The notes under the pieces were generated by a model that was given only the letters and a program-made list of their open reading frames with translations, was not told the DNA's origin and searched no databases. Positions 54,301-63,313 of a DNA stretch of 64,000 bases are shown piece after piece. The DNA is from an uncultured Muribaculaceae bacterium (lineage in GTDB: Bacteria; Bacillota_I; Bacilli_A; RF39; UBA660): positions 23,076-87,075 of the forward strand of contig CAZYQE010000005.1 of NCBI GenBank assembly GCA_964650315.1, read 5' to 3'. A program made the position numbers and the translations under genes. How positions within the stretch are numbered: the first letter of the stretch is position 1; the number at the start of each line of letters is the position of its first letter.

Positions 54301-55952
54301 GTACCCTCTTGATTAAATACTGGTTTATTCATAGGATGAGCCATAGCCCCTACTAAATTAATTGCTGAATTAAGAAGTAATTTAGTATCTGAATCTAATG
54401 TAATAACATATTTAATATCTAACTCATGATTATGAAGAGTATTAACATTAAAATACTTATCTTCATCAATAGATTTATTTAATAATATTTGATTAAATTG
54501 AAGTAGTGCTCCTCTTTTTCTCTCATAACCTAAATAACTATTCTCTTTAGCATTCCAAATACGTTTTCTATATATAAAATAGAAAATATCTTTTTTATAT
54601 TTTTTATTTAACTTCTCTGCATATTTCTTACCAAAATCAGATATTTCTTTATCTATATTTAAGTTCTTTTTATTACTAGATTTAACATCTCCTAATAAAG
54701 TAAAATATAAATTATTAGATTTATTAACTAAATAGAAAGACTCTAATACATCAAATATCTCTTCTACTTTTTCTACATCAGAAACAATAGTAGGTATAAC
54801 TACCATAGTTTTCTCATTATCAGGTATACCTTTAGAAAAATCTAATTTAGGTATCTCTTTAATAGATACATTATGTAGTAATATCTCATTAATTATTTGA
54901 ACTATTAATTGACTAATAGGTATTAATAAAATAATAAATCCTAATACTTGCCATTTACCAAAGAATCCTGATAAAAAGAATGATACTCCTACTGTAGATA
55001 AAATAATAGCTAAAATATAAATTATTACTCTAAAAGTATTACTTTTATGTGGAAACAACTTATAACCAATATGTTCTTCACTATTATAAATACTCTTTAA
55101 GTAATTATACTCTTCCATCTTTTTCTTCTTAGCAAGTTTTAATAAACGAGCTCTATACATTTTCTTAGAATCATCAGTCATCTTTTTATATACAGGATCT
55201 TTTAAGAATAATCTCTCAGTCTCAGAAACTTTACTAAATAAATCTTCTTCACTAACCTCAAAAAACTCTTTAAAATTACCAAATATATTAGAAATAATTA
55301 AGTTATTATCAATCTTTCTTTGTAACTCATCATTAATAATACCCTTAATACTAACATTATTATTTTTTAAATATTCATTTAACTCTTTAAATATTTGGTT
55401 ATTATTTTCTACTTTATATAATTTATTATTTAACTCATATATATAATTAACATTTTTATTAATATCAAAATCACTATCTATAAATGATCTTAAACTTAAT
55501 TTATCATTCTTACTAATAATAGATTCTATTTTCTCATTATCTGCAAACTTCTTATATTCTTCATTACATAGCTTATTAAGTTTCTCAGTATATATAATTA
55601 TTAATAAAGGAATAATTAATTTTAATTCTTTATAAGTATATACTTCATTAGTATCTTTTTGATATTTTCTTAACTCTTCTACTAAGTATTTAAAATCAAC
55701 ATTATAGTATTTCTTATGAACAATACTTCTTAAATGATAATAGTGCTCATTAATTTTCTTGTTGTTTCTTTTGAACTTATTCTTCATATTTAATAGTTCA
55801 TTTTTATGTTCTACAAGTAAATAATAATTATCTATTAACCACTCATTAGCAATTCCTACATACTCATGTTTTTTAGTTTTGTTTATTAAGAAATTATAAT
55901 ATTTAGTAATATTTTCAAAATTATTTACAAATCTCTTCATCATACTCTTCAT
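48330..55952 (-). CDS. cyclic beta-1,2-glucan synthase-like giant protein (membrane GT domain + GH94 glycan phosphorylase-like domain)
   Basis: ~2540 aa. The start at 55952 follows the SD AGGAGAG. The membrane-embedded GT region has MVVIPTIV, LDSDTKL, ILSHDLLEG and RHHRWARGDVQI. The C-terminal GH94-like region has MGGGDWNDGMN and ENGGQYTHA. Confidence 0.85.
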   Translation of the reverse strand: MKSMMKRFVNNFENITKYYNFLINKTKKHEYVGIANEWLIDNYYLLVEHKNELLNMKNKFKRNNKKINEHYYHLRSIVHKKYYNVDFKYLVEELRKYQKDTNEVYTYKELKLIIPLLIIIYTEKLNKLCNEEYKKFADNEKIESIISKNDKLSLRSFIDSDFDINKNVNYIYELNNKLYKVENNNQIFKELNEYLKNNNVSIKGIINDELQRKIDNNLIISNIFGNFKEFFEVSEEDLFSKVSETERLFLKDPVYKKMTDDSKKMYRARLLKLAKKKKMEEYNYLKSIYNSEEHIGYKLFPHKSNTFRVIIYILAIILSTVGVSFFLSGFFGKWQVLGFIILLIPISQLIVQIINEILLHNVSIKEIPKLDFSKGIPDNEKTMVVIPTIVSDVEKVEEIFDVLESFYLVNKSNNLYFTLLGDVKSSNKKNLNIDKEISDFGKKYAEKLNKKYKKDIFYFIYRKRIWNAKENSYLGYERKRGALLQFNQILLNKSIDEDKYFNVNTLHNHELDIKYVITLDSDTKLLLNSAINLVGAMAHPMNKPVFNQEGTKVIRGYGIMQPRVSVDIESTNNSLYSQIFAGIGGFDTYSAIIPNVYQDSFYEGSFVGKGIYDVKAFDQVLGNTLPDNLILSHDLLEGNYLRCGYVSDVELIGDFPAKFLVDVSRHHRWARGDVQIIGWLKSRVLNKNNSYIKNPINLLGKYKILDNIIRMFLNPMLLLILLLAFTCSKTISIMWFLLVVLEIAISIIFFLRSKINKKNKDVKEVYYKKFYIGGKSIISRAYIVFSTIPFYTKLYMDAFFRTLYRLLISHKNLLNWVTAEEVEKTADGSLKSYIKAFMFNFIMAIVFVVIGVYTHNPLAYIIAFIFTSGPFVTYYVSREIDHSILNLKTRDIDNLKHLAYRTWKYFDDNLCSENNYLISDNYQENRENKFDTRTSPTAIGFSLTSVVSAYELEFIDKKKALFLLEKILKSIDSLKKWHGHLYNWYDIKTKKVLYPNFVSTVDSGNLIASIIVVREFLDKNDNVKLVELCDRLIKSANFRKLYTKRHVFSIGYDQNEGKLSEYNYNKFASESRLTSYLAISLGEVSNKHWFCLDKSLALYKNHKGLISWSGTSFEYYMPLLFMKNYPNTLLDEAYNFAYVCQKEYMKSVNSKLPWGISEAAYNELDNSLNYKYKSFSTPYLKAKPDKENRIVISPYASLIAIDLFPKEVYENVMKFNKLDMYSKYGYYESYDYDNKGVVKAYFAHHQGMSLLGITNYLKQGVIKDYFHSNVNIRTFELLLKEKVQIKTSIDMKMVDYKKYNYNKEVIENDIRVYNYISYLPEMSVLSNKKYSLIMNDRGNSFSRYRALQLNRYRKVTEQDYGMFLFIKDINTKEVWSNTFAPLNVKPEKYEVVFAADKIKYLRRDNEVTTKTEIAVSKNYHAEIRKVTFRNDSDVDKDLELTSYTEPILSENMDDISHRVFNSMFVSTEYDEVTNCLIAKRKERKEENVNSYMFTKLIINDPVDKYSYETERSSFIGRNKTINNAKGIDEKLTNYAGDNLDPIMTLRNRIVVPANESVSVYMLTGFGRSKEQIFEIVNNYNNKLALDNEFEISTLMNIMDNKNMNITGSDMKIYNIMLNYLFQTTSMSVTEEHMNLLRTNRLGQSDLWKFGISGDRPIITVEINDIRDMGFIRDILKAFEYYKNKSIFVDVVIINNELGQFSELVEKEIDDEMYRIYTLNSFYNTPGEVLVLDGSNITKEDQNLLDIVSRLKFTINNHISLEEAVFNLQSYNKVNDYPEYTEEVNIKLENKDKLLFDNGYGGFSKDGKEYIIYNKDTPTPWSNVITNKNFGTIVTNNGCGYTYAYNSGEFKITSWTNDIVSNDKSEGFKFNDSLFDPEKCTHGFGYSILESETKELKHKVTEFVAVEDNVKIYLMKLKNKTKDDYNTNVEFWINPVFGNFEEKTSRHILSEFMGQDNYLKLRNVYHNSYNNVNVFMSASEKINSAICDKMLVKSITINTSLKPGEEKSLAFVLGCSLSDEENLKLMKKYTDIKTSEKELMNVKEYWNNKLGNIKVSTPDNSFNTVMNGWYLYQTLSSRIMAKAGFYQISGAFGYRDQLQDAMNISMVEPEYTREQILNNASHQFVEGDVLHWWLEKNRFGLRSKYKDDYLWLVYATCNYINTTGDYKILDEKVPYVIGEALSEKENERGIIFSYSEEKVTLLEHCLKSIDISMNSLGIHKIPLMGGGDWNDGMNKVGIEGKGESVWLGFFLYSVIDLFVNIMKKYNKSFKVDKYETFNSKLKDNLNRNTWDGEYYLRAFFDNGDSLGSKNNKECKIDLISQSFSILSNVIPKDRVSKVINSVEEELVDNNNDIVKLLTPAFAKSTNNPGYIMNYPKGIRENGGQYTHAVSWYLMALIKEGYYNKAYEYYQMINPINRTIELKDVDKYKVEPYVIAADIYSADKYIGRGGWTWYTGSAGWFYKVGIEDILGIKVRDKKLVIDPNIPDDWKEFKVSYKYYDSTYNIHVKRKNKKELLLDGKKQSDNCIDLVDDNKTHSVEVYL

Positions 55953-56039
55953 AAGACACACTCTCCTATTTAAAATTATAACATAAATAAAGAAAATAGT
56001 AATTAAAAATATGCCATTTTTCTACATATTTTTTATATA

Positions 56040-56066
56040 GAAAAAAAACAACTTATTTAGTTGTTT
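56040..56066 (-). terminator. rho-independent terminator of rluD
   Basis: Minus strand: AAACAACT-AAATA-AGTTGTTT followed by a T-run. The stop codon lies in the loop. Confidence 0.6.
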
Positions 56067-56949
56067 CATTTCTTAAATTTTCTAACTTTTTCATAAATTC
56101 TTTTGGGGGATCTACTTCAAAAAATAATTTTTTATTTGTAATTGGATGTTTAAACTTTATACTTTTAGAATGAAGCATTTGTCCAAAAGAAGTAGATTTA
56201 CCTTTTCCATATAATGGATCATTATTAACAGGATATCCTATATATGAAAGATGTACTCTTATTTGATGAGTTCTACCTGTTTCTAAAATACATTCTAATA
56301 ATGTATTATTATTAAATCTTTCTAATACTTTAAAATTAGTAATTGCTTCTTTAGAATTAATATCAGTAACAGCCATCTTTTGTCTATTATTTAAATCTCT
56401 TCCAATAGGAGCATCTATAGTACCAGTATCATGAGTAATAACTCCATCTACGATCGCTAGATAGTGACGATCCACTTCTTTTTTAGAAATCATAGAACTT
56501 AACTTATCATGAGTTTTTTCATTTTTCGCAACTAACATTAAACCACTAGTATCCTTATCTAATCTATGTACTATACCAGGTCTAATCTTATCTTTACTTT
56601 CAATATTAAATTTATATAAAAGCGCATTTACTAAAGTACCACTATAATGTCCAGGAGCAGGATGAACTACCATACCACTACATTTATTAATAACTAATAA
56701 GTCATTATCTTCATATACCACATCTATATCTATATCTTCAGGTTCTATATTTATCTCATAATCTAATTCATCTTTAATTTCAATTTCATCTTTATCTTTT
56801 ACTTGATAATTACTACTAACTACTTTGTCATTAACAAGTACTTGCTTCTCTTTAATAAGTTTTTGAATCTTACTACGAGAAAGATCTAATTCACTAGATA
56901 AATATTTATCTATTCTTATCTTTTTTTCTACTTCTACTTTTACTTTCAT
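56053..56949 (-). CDS. rluD: 23S rRNA pseudouridine synthase, RluA/RluD family
   Basis: 298 aa with an N-terminal S4 domain (RIDKYLSSEL.LSRSKIQKLI), the catalytic HRLDKDTSGLML and GRTHQIRVH. Confidence 0.9.
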   Translation of the reverse strand: MKVKVEVEKKIRIDKYLSSELDLSRSKIQKLIKEKQVLVNDKVVSSNYQVKDKDEIEIKDELDYEINIEPEDIDIDVVYEDNDLLVINKCSGMVVHPAPGHYSGTLVNALLYKFNIESKDKIRPGIVHRLDKDTSGLMLVAKNEKTHDKLSSMISKKEVDRHYLAIVDGVITHDTGTIDAPIGRDLNNRQKMAVTDINSKEAITNFKVLERFNNNTLLECILETGRTHQIRVHLSYIGYPVNNDPLYGKGKSTSFGQMLHSKSIKFKHPITNKKLFFEVDPPKEFMKKLENLRNETTK

Positions 56950-57403
56950 TTATACTCCTCCTAATAAGTTCAATTATATAAAGTAAACAACCTACAGTAA
57001 TACCAATATCTGCAATATTAAATACTGGGAAGTTATAACCAAATATATTAAAAGATAAATAATCTATTACTGAGTGATATAATAATCTATCTATCAAATT
57101 ACCTACTATACCACCAATAATCATACCTAAAGATATAATACTAAGTTTAGTAAACTTCTCTTCTTTTAAATATCTATCTATTAAGAATAGTAATACTAAA
57201 GCTACTATAATAAATATATAAGTTTTACCATTTAATATAGAAAAAGCAGCTCCCTTATTCTTAACATAATATATAGAAAAGAAATTAGGTATTATCTTAA
57301 TTTCAGTTAATACTTTCATCTTAGTATTTATTAATAATTTAACAAACTGATCTATTATTAATAAAATAGCTGCAACACTATAAACTTTCTCTTTATTTTT
57401 CAT
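56906..57403 (-). CDS. lspA: lipoprotein signal peptidase (signal peptidase II)
   Basis: 165 aa with NKGAAFS, GNLIDRL and FNIADIGI. The lspA-rluD pairing is conserved in Firmicutes. Confidence 0.9.
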   Translation of the reverse strand: MKNKEKVYSVAAILLIIDQFVKLLINTKMKVLTEIKIIPNFFSIYYVKNKGAAFSILNGKTYIFIIVALVLLFLIDRYLKEEKFTKLSIISLGMIIGGIVGNLIDRLLYHSVIDYLSFNIFGYNFPVFNIADIGITVGCLLYIIELIRRSINESKSRSRKKDKNR

Positions 57404-60353
57404 CTTTTTTACTCTTTTCTTTTAAATATTTTATTTTTTCTACTACTATTTGATACTTATTTAGTCTTTTTTCTACTTTACCTCTAATTTTTAATAAATC
57501 TCCTCTTTCAATAGCAAAATATAATTTATATATTTTAGGGAATAAAGTAAAGTCCATTCTAGCAGTTTCATCACTACCAGTAATAAAAGACATTTTATCT
57601 CCTTTTTTAGTATCAATAACTTTCACTTTATCAACTAATATTAAACAATCTACTGTTTTATTAAAATGTTCTGGTATTGTATTTAGTGGAATACAATACT
57701 TATTATCTTTAATATATGCAGTAGTTGGGTGTTGTGAAAGATAGAATCCATATACTTCTTTTTCTTTTTCTAGTAAATACTCATCAGAGAATTCTTGTTG
57801 TTTTTCTATATCTGGTCTCATTACTAAATCAGGCTCTATATCTTTAGTAAGTTCTGCATAGTTGAATAAACTATCTAAATTATATATTAGAGTAGCTCTA
57901 TTTATACCAAAACTACTAAATGTATCTGCAAATATTAAAGTTTCTAAATTCTTTTTACCTAGACCTGCTAAGTATAGTCTACTAAAAGCATCATATATAT
58001 CTTCAAATTCTCCATCACTCCTTGCTTTTAATATTTCACTAGCTACTACAGTACCAATAGATTTAATATTAGATACAGGATATATTATCTTATTATTAGT
58101 AACTACATATCTATTACTACTCTTATTTATATCAGGTTTTAAAACTTCTATTCCATTAGCTTTAGCTTCCATAATATATTCATGAGTTTTAGATTCTGAT
58201 CCAATAACATTAGTTAATAAGTTAGCAAAAAATATAGTCTTATAATGACTCTTTAGATATGCCATTTTATAAGCAATTATTGAATACGCTACAGAGTGAC
58301 TTCTATTAAAACCATAACCTGCAAAGTTTAATACTAAGTCAAATAGTTTCTTAGCTTGGTCTTTATTATGACCCTTCTCTACACTCTTTCTAATAAACTT
58401 CTCTTCTTCACTCTTTAGTAAACTAACTTTTTTCTTAGACATAGCACGTCTTAAAATATCAGCTTCTCCTAAAGTATATCCTGCATAAATATTAGCAAGC
58501 TGCATTATTTGTTCTTGATATATTAAGATACCATAAGTATTCTTAGTAATTGGTTCTAAACATGGATCTAAATATGTAACTTTTTCTTTACCATGTCTTC
58601 TTCTAATATATGAATCAATGTTAATTGCTGCTCCTGGTCTAAATAAAGCGATTGCTGAGAATACATCTTCAAATGTATTAGGTTTTAAATTTCTTAAAAA
58701 ATTTCTCATACCAGTAGATTCAAATTGGAATATTCCACTAGTATTAGCTTCTTCAAATATCTTTAAAGTTTCTTTATCATCAAGTGGTATTTTATTAAAA
58801 TCAACTTCTTCATTATATATTTCTTTTATATCATTAATTATATTATTAATAATAGTTAAATTTTTAAGTCCTAAGAAATCCATCTTGAGTAAACCTAAAT
58901 CTTCTAAGTATTCCATAGAATAACTTGTTAAATACATTCCTTCACTCATAGTTAAAGGAATTACTTCATCTAAATCTACTCTACTCATTACAATACCAGC
59001 AGCATGAGAAGATGTATGTCTAGGGAACCCTTCTATCTTAACCGCAATATCAAACATCTTAGATAATAACTCATCACTATCTATTCTAGTTTTAAATACT
59101 TTATTCTTATTATAAAAATCTTTTAATTTATCTTTAGTAAAAGCTGGAATAAATTTAGATAATCCATCTATTTTATAATTAGGAATATTTAAAACACGTG
59201 CAACATCTCTTAATACTTGTTTAGCACCTAAAGTACCAAAAGTAACTATTCCAGAAACTCTCTTTTTACCATATTTTTCTACTACATAATTTATTACTTC
59301 ATCTCTTTTATCATCAGGAAAATCTGTATCTATATCAGGCATAGTTTTTCTTTCTGGATTTAAGAATCTTTCAAATAATAAATCATATTCTATTGGATCA
59401 ATATCAGTAATACCTAATGAGTAAGATACTAATGATCCTGCCGCACTTCCTCTACCAGGACCAACTAATATTTTATTCTTTTTCGCATACTTTATAAAAT
59501 CATATACTACTAAAAAGTAATTAGGAAATCCCATATCATTAATTATCTTTAATTCATAACTAAGTCTTTTCTTATAATTATCTGGAATAGATCCACCTAA
59601 TCTTTTAGTAAGACCTGCTTTACATAATTCAAATAAATATTTACTTGGATCATCACATTCATATATAGGAAGTAAATTATCTCTCTTAGGTATTTCTAAA
59701 TTACAAGAATCAGCAATTTTTATACTATTAATAAGTCCAGTATTATCACTTAGTTCTAATACATCACTAATCTTTAATTCATGTTCTTCTACTTCATAAG
59801 TTACCTCATCACTAATAGTTTTAGAATCTCTTATTCTATATAAATAAGGCAATATTTCGACATTACTTTTATATAAATATAAACTTTCTCTAAAGAATAC
59901 TACATTTTTAGTAAGAATAAGCGCTTCTTTTTCTTCCTTTTTATTAGAATATCCTAAATATAATTCATCATATATCTTAGATAAATCTTTATACTTATCT
60001 CTATATTTAAAAGGTACTATTCCAATTACATTTTTATTATATTTTTTTAAGTCTTTTCCTTCTACTACTCTTTCATTTTGTATAGTAGATAGTTTTATTA
60101 ATGATTGATATCCTTCATAGTCTTTAGCATATAATACTACATTAAAATCTTTAAGTACTATATCCAAACCAATTATTGGTTTAATATCATTACTCTTACA
60201 TTTTTTAATAAATTCCATAACTCCATACATATTAGTATCAGTTAAGGCAATACTTTGGAGGTTACTTGCTTTTGCATACTTAACAATATCATCTATTCTT
60301 AATAAACTAGATAATAATGTATAATTACTTTTGTTATATAATGGTATATACAT
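57393..60353 (-). CDS. dnaE: DNA polymerase III alpha subunit, DnaE type
   Basis: 986 aa with an N-terminal PHP domain, GLLKMDFLGLKNL, FESTGMR, PGAAINI and a C-terminal OB-fold region. Confidence 0.92.
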   Translation of the reverse strand: MYIPLYNKSNYTLLSSLLRIDDIVKYAKASNLQSIALTDTNMYGVMEFIKKCKSNDIKPIIGLDIVLKDFNVVLYAKDYEGYQSLIKLSTIQNERVVEGKDLKKYNKNVIGIVPFKYRDKYKDLSKIYDELYLGYSNKKEEKEALILTKNVVFFRESLYLYKSNVEILPYLYRIRDSKTISDEVTYEVEEHELKISDVLELSDNTGLINSIKIADSCNLEIPKRDNLLPIYECDDPSKYLFELCKAGLTKRLGGSIPDNYKKRLSYELKIINDMGFPNYFLVVYDFIKYAKKNKILVGPGRGSAAGSLVSYSLGITDIDPIEYDLLFERFLNPERKTMPDIDTDFPDDKRDEVINYVVEKYGKKRVSGIVTFGTLGAKQVLRDVARVLNIPNYKIDGLSKFIPAFTKDKLKDFYNKNKVFKTRIDSDELLSKMFDIAVKIEGFPRHTSSHAAGIVMSRVDLDEVIPLTMSEGMYLTSYSMEYLEDLGLLKMDFLGLKNLTIINNIINDIKEIYNEEVDFNKIPLDDKETLKIFEEANTSGIFQFESTGMRNFLRNLKPNTFEDVFSAIALFRPGAAINIDSYIRRRHGKEKVTYLDPCLEPITKNTYGILIYQEQIMQLANIYAGYTLGEADILRRAMSKKKVSLLKSEEEKFIRKSVEKGHNKDQAKKLFDLVLNFAGYGFNRSHSVAYSIIAYKMAYLKSHYKTIFFANLLTNVIGSESKTHEYIMEAKANGIEVLKPDINKSSNRYVVTNNKIIYPVSNIKSIGTVVASEILKARSDGEFEDIYDAFSRLYLAGLGKKNLETLIFADTFSSFGINRATLIYNLDSLFNYAELTKDIEPDLVMRPDIEKQQEFSDEYLLEKEKEVYGFYLSQHPTTAYIKDNKYCIPLNTIPEHFNKTVDCLILVDKVKVIDTKKGDKMSFITGSDETARMDFTLFPKIYKLYFAIERGDLLKIRGKVEKRLNKYQIVVEKIKYLKEKSKKDEK

Positions 60354-60476
60354 AATAAAACCTCCTTCTACATATATTCTACCATAAATAACGTTTATTT
60401 TACTATGTTTTGTTTGACTTTATAATACTTTTATGGTAAAGTTATAAAGCGAGAGAGAAACCGAAGGAGGGATATT

Positions 60477-60656
60477 ATGGCAGTTAATGCATCACAAAGA
60501 AAAGGTAATGTAAAAAATATGAGATCACATGCGATGAACGCAACTAAAAAAAGACAAAAATTAAATCTTCAAGTACATAGACTAGAAGATGGTACTAAAG
60601 TAAGAATCTCAACTAAAGAAAAAAGAACTTTATTAAAGGGTCAAAAAACTGCATAA
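60477..60656 (+). CDS. rpmB: 50S ribosomal protein L28
   Basis: 59-aa ORF, too short for the supplied track, with the SD GGAGG 6 nt upstream. The sequence GNVKNMRSHAMNATKKRQKLNLQ matches the L28 core (GN.VSH.NNKTKRR..PNLQ). Confidence 0.8.
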   Translation: MAVNASQRKGNVKNMRSHAMNATKKRQKLNLQVHRLEDGTKVRISTKEKRTLLKGQKTA

Positions 60657-60676
60657 TATATGCAGTTTTATTTTTT
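60643..60676. terminator. bidirectional terminator between rpmB and the convergent minus-strand gene
   Basis: AAAAAA-CTGCATA-ATA-TATGCAG-TTTTATTTTTT. Confidence 0.65.
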
Positions 60677-61346
60677 AATTACAAGTATATCCAGATTTAA
60701 TTAAATCTTCTCTAACTTTTAAAGCATTATCTTTATACTTATAAGTAATATTTAAATATTTATTAGATTTATCTTTTATTTTAGAATCATCATACTTTTC
60801 TAAATTAATAATTAGTTTTAAAGTATATTTACTTATAACATTCTTTTTACTTTCATTATTACTAGTAATAGTATAACCAGTTATTGATTCTTTTTTTATG
60901 TCTTTAACTTTATTATCTAAATCAGTTATAAACTTAGGAGTCTTATCTAATTTGGAATCGACTACTGTACTTACTATTACATTTTGATAATTATATAATT
61001 TATTCTTTTTAAAGTTTAAAGTAACAGTTTCATTAACAGTTATTTTATTATTTTCTTCATTAGAATTCTTAGTACAAATAAGCTTATCTATTTTCTTAGT
61101 TACTTTAGTAGTCTTTCTATATTTAGAAGGATTACTATCTTTTTTATTTAAAGAATATGTATTAGAATATACTATTCCAGAAAAAATTGCAAATATTCCA
61201 ATAAAAGCTATTATAATAGCTGGTTTCTTACTTGTCTTTTTTTCATACTTAGCAACTTTCTCTACTTCGTTAAAATTTAAAACTAAAGTTTTTGTTAACT
61301 CAAGTGATTCTTGCTTTGATCTTTTTTTAGTTTTGTCTTTTGCCAT
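60675..61346 (-). CDS. hypothetical membrane-anchored protein
   Basis: ~223 aa. The start at 61346 follows the SD GGTAGGGG. It has a basic N-terminus, one TM (PAIIIAFIGIFAIFSGIVY) and a Lys/Asn-rich ectodomain. Confidence 0.45.
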   Translation of the reverse strand: MAKDKTKKRSKQESLELTKTLVLNFNEVEKVAKYEKKTSKKPAIIIAFIGIFAIFSGIVYSNTYSLNKKDSNPSKYRKTTKVTKKIDKLICTKNSNEENNKITVNETVTLNFKKNKLYNYQNVIVSTVVDSKLDKTPKFITDLDNKVKDIKKESITGYTITSNNESKKNVISKYTLKLIINLEKYDDSKIKDKSNKYLNITYKYKDNALKVREDLIKSGYTCN

Positions 61347-61402
61347 AAAAATCGCCCCTACCTGAAACAATTATATAATAAAAACAATATAAATAGCAAT
61401 TA

Positions 61403-61426
61403 AAAACAGCTAATTTTAGCTGTTTT
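61403..61426 (-). terminator. rho-independent terminator of typA
   Basis: AAAACAGCTA-ATTT-TAGCTGTTTT. Confidence 0.6.
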
Positions 61427-61429
61427 TTC

Positions 61430-63244
61430 TTATTTTCTCTTCTTTGCATCAAATTTCTTACGTTCTTCAGTATTTAAAATCTTTTTTCTTAATCTAATAT
61501 TATTAGGAGTTATCTCTACTAACTCATCAGAATTAATATAATCAAGAGCATATTCTAATGTGATAGGACGTGGTCTTTTTAATACTACTGTGTGATCACT
61601 TCCTGCAGCACGTGTATTAGTTAATTGTTTTCCTTTAACAACATTAACTGCCAAGTCATTATCTTTATTACACTCACCTACTATCATACCTTCATATACT
61701 TCAGTACCTGGTTCAATAAACATAGTACCTCTATCTTCTAAGTTACCAATAGAATAAGCTGTAGAATTTCCATTTTCCATAGAAACTAAAACTCCAAGTT
61801 TTCTTTCCCCTACTTCTACATTTTCATAAGGCATATATTCTTTAAAAGTATGAGACATAATTCCATAACCTTTAGTTAAAGTCATAAAGTCTGTAGAAAA
61901 ACCAATTAATCCACGAGATGGAATAGTATATAAAAGTCTAGTTTGTCCTTCCATATTAGTCATATTTTCCATCTTAGCTCCACGAAGACCTAATTGTTCT
62001 ATAACAGAACCAACAGACTCTTCAGGAACATCTATTTGTAGTTCTTCATATGGTTCGTGTTTAACACCATCTATTTCTTTTATAATTACTTTTGGTTTAG
62101 ATACTTCAAGTTCATAACCTTCTCTTCTCATATTTTCTATTAAAATACTTAAATGTAATTCTCCTCTACCACTAACTAAGAATGACTCGTTAGAAGCTTG
62201 CTCTACCTTAAGACTAACATCTCTTTGAGTTTCTCTATTTAATCTTTCTTCTATCTTGCGAGCAGTTACTATATCACCATCTCTTCCTACAAAAGGAGAT
62301 GAATTAGTACCAAAAGTCATTTGTAATGTTGGTTCATCTATATGTAGTTTAGGAAGAGGTATTATATTATCACTATCACATAAAGTTTCTCCTACTGAAA
62401 TATCAGATAGACCTGCAACTGCAACTATATCTCCAGCTTCAGCTTCTTCTATTTCAATTCTTTTATATCCATAAAAACCAAATAGTTTTTGAATTCTAAA
62501 TTCTTTAGTAGAACCATCTAATCTAGAACAAGTAACCATACTACCTGTTTTAATCTTTCCATTATGTACTTTACCAATACCAATTCTACCTACAAATTCA
62601 TTGTAATCAAGTAGAGCTGGTTGAAATTGTAATGGACTGTTAGAATCTCCTTTAGGTTCTGGAATCTCATCTATTATTAAATCTAAAACTTCTTCAAAAC
62701 CTTCAGTTTGAGTAGATAAATCTGCATCTTTAGAACAAGTACCATTTAATGCACTAGCATATAATACTTTAAAATCTAATTGATCATCATCTGCACCTAA
62801 CTCAATAAATAAATCTAAGACTTCATCTAAAACTTCATCACATCTAGCACTTTCTTTATCAACTTTATTAATAACCACAATAGGTTTAACTCCTGCTTCA
62901 AAAGCTTTCTTTAATACAAATCTAGTTTGTGGCATAGCACCTTCATAAGCATCAACAACAAGTAATACACCATCAACCATCTTCATAATACGCTCTACTT
63001 CTCCACCAAAATCAGCATGTCCTGGAGTATCTAGTATATTAATCCTATAATCTTTATAATCTAAAGCAGTAGTCTTAGCTAAAATAGTAATACCACGTTC
63101 TTTTTCTAAATCATTTGAATCCATTGATATATTAGAAACATCTTCATTATCTCTAAACATACCAGAAGATTTTAATATACCATCTACTAAAGTTGTCTTA
63201 CCATGATCTACATGCGCAATTATCGCAACATTTCTTTTTTTCAT
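61430..63244 (-). CDS. typA: translational GTPase TypA/BipA
   Basis: 604 aa with the G-domain motifs [21 protein letters not shown] and NKVD. The EF-G-like domain order and length are typical of BipA. Confidence 0.92.
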   Translation of the reverse strand: MKKRNVAIIAHVDHGKTTLVDGILKSSGMFRDNEDVSNISMDSNDLEKERGITILAKTTALDYKDYRINILDTPGHADFGGEVERIMKMVDGVLLVVDAYEGAMPQTRFVLKKAFEAGVKPIVVINKVDKESARCDEVLDEVLDLFIELGADDDQLDFKVLYASALNGTCSKDADLSTQTEGFEEVLDLIIDEIPEPKGDSNSPLQFQPALLDYNEFVGRIGIGKVHNGKIKTGSMVTCSRLDGSTKEFRIQKLFGFYGYKRIEIEEAEAGDIVAVAGLSDISVGETLCDSDNIIPLPKLHIDEPTLQMTFGTNSSPFVGRDGDIVTARKIEERLNRETQRDVSLKVEQASNESFLVSGRGELHLSILIENMRREGYELEVSKPKVIIKEIDGVKHEPYEELQIDVPEESVGSVIEQLGLRGAKMENMTNMEGQTRLLYTIPSRGLIGFSTDFMTLTKGYGIMSHTFKEYMPYENVEVGERKLGVLVSMENGNSTAYSIGNLEDRGTMFIEPGTEVYEGMIVGECNKDNDLAVNVVKGKQLTNTRAAGSDHTVVLKRPRPITLEYALDYINSDELVEITPNNIRLRKKILNTEERKKFDAKKRK

Positions 63245-63290
63245 ACTTCCACCTCTAATTACCGCAACTCATTATAACACAATATAAAAA

Positions 63291-63313
63291 AAAATACTAG
63301 TATCTAGTATTTT
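63291..63313 (-). terminator. rho-independent terminator
   Basis: AAAATACTAG-TAT-CTAGTATTTT, directly after the stop at 63314. Confidence 0.6.

Noticed and set aside
56906-56949. The 44-nt overlap between lspA and rluD as a possible mis-called start or a frameshift.
   Set aside because: Both ORFs have full-length family-typical sequences. The rluD N-terminus includes its S4 domain from the first residues, and lspA-rluD coupling is a common conserved arrangement, so the overlap is most likely genuine.
3191-62474. Fifteen plus-strand ORFs from the supplied track, 61-135 aa long: 3191-3415, 3906-4097, 8595-8819, 10717-10968, 15355-15552, 20033-20323, 20374-20559, 32163-32360, 35919-36326, 41458-41682, 41801-42034, 42876-43091, 57862-58185, 58618-58923, 62256-62474.
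   Set aside because: Each lies wholly or largely antisense to a much longer minus-strand ORF that has clear family motifs. Their translations are low-complexity Ile/Leu/Phe/Ser-rich strings typical of antisense frames in AT-rich DNA. None has a convincing Shine-Dalgarno sequence.
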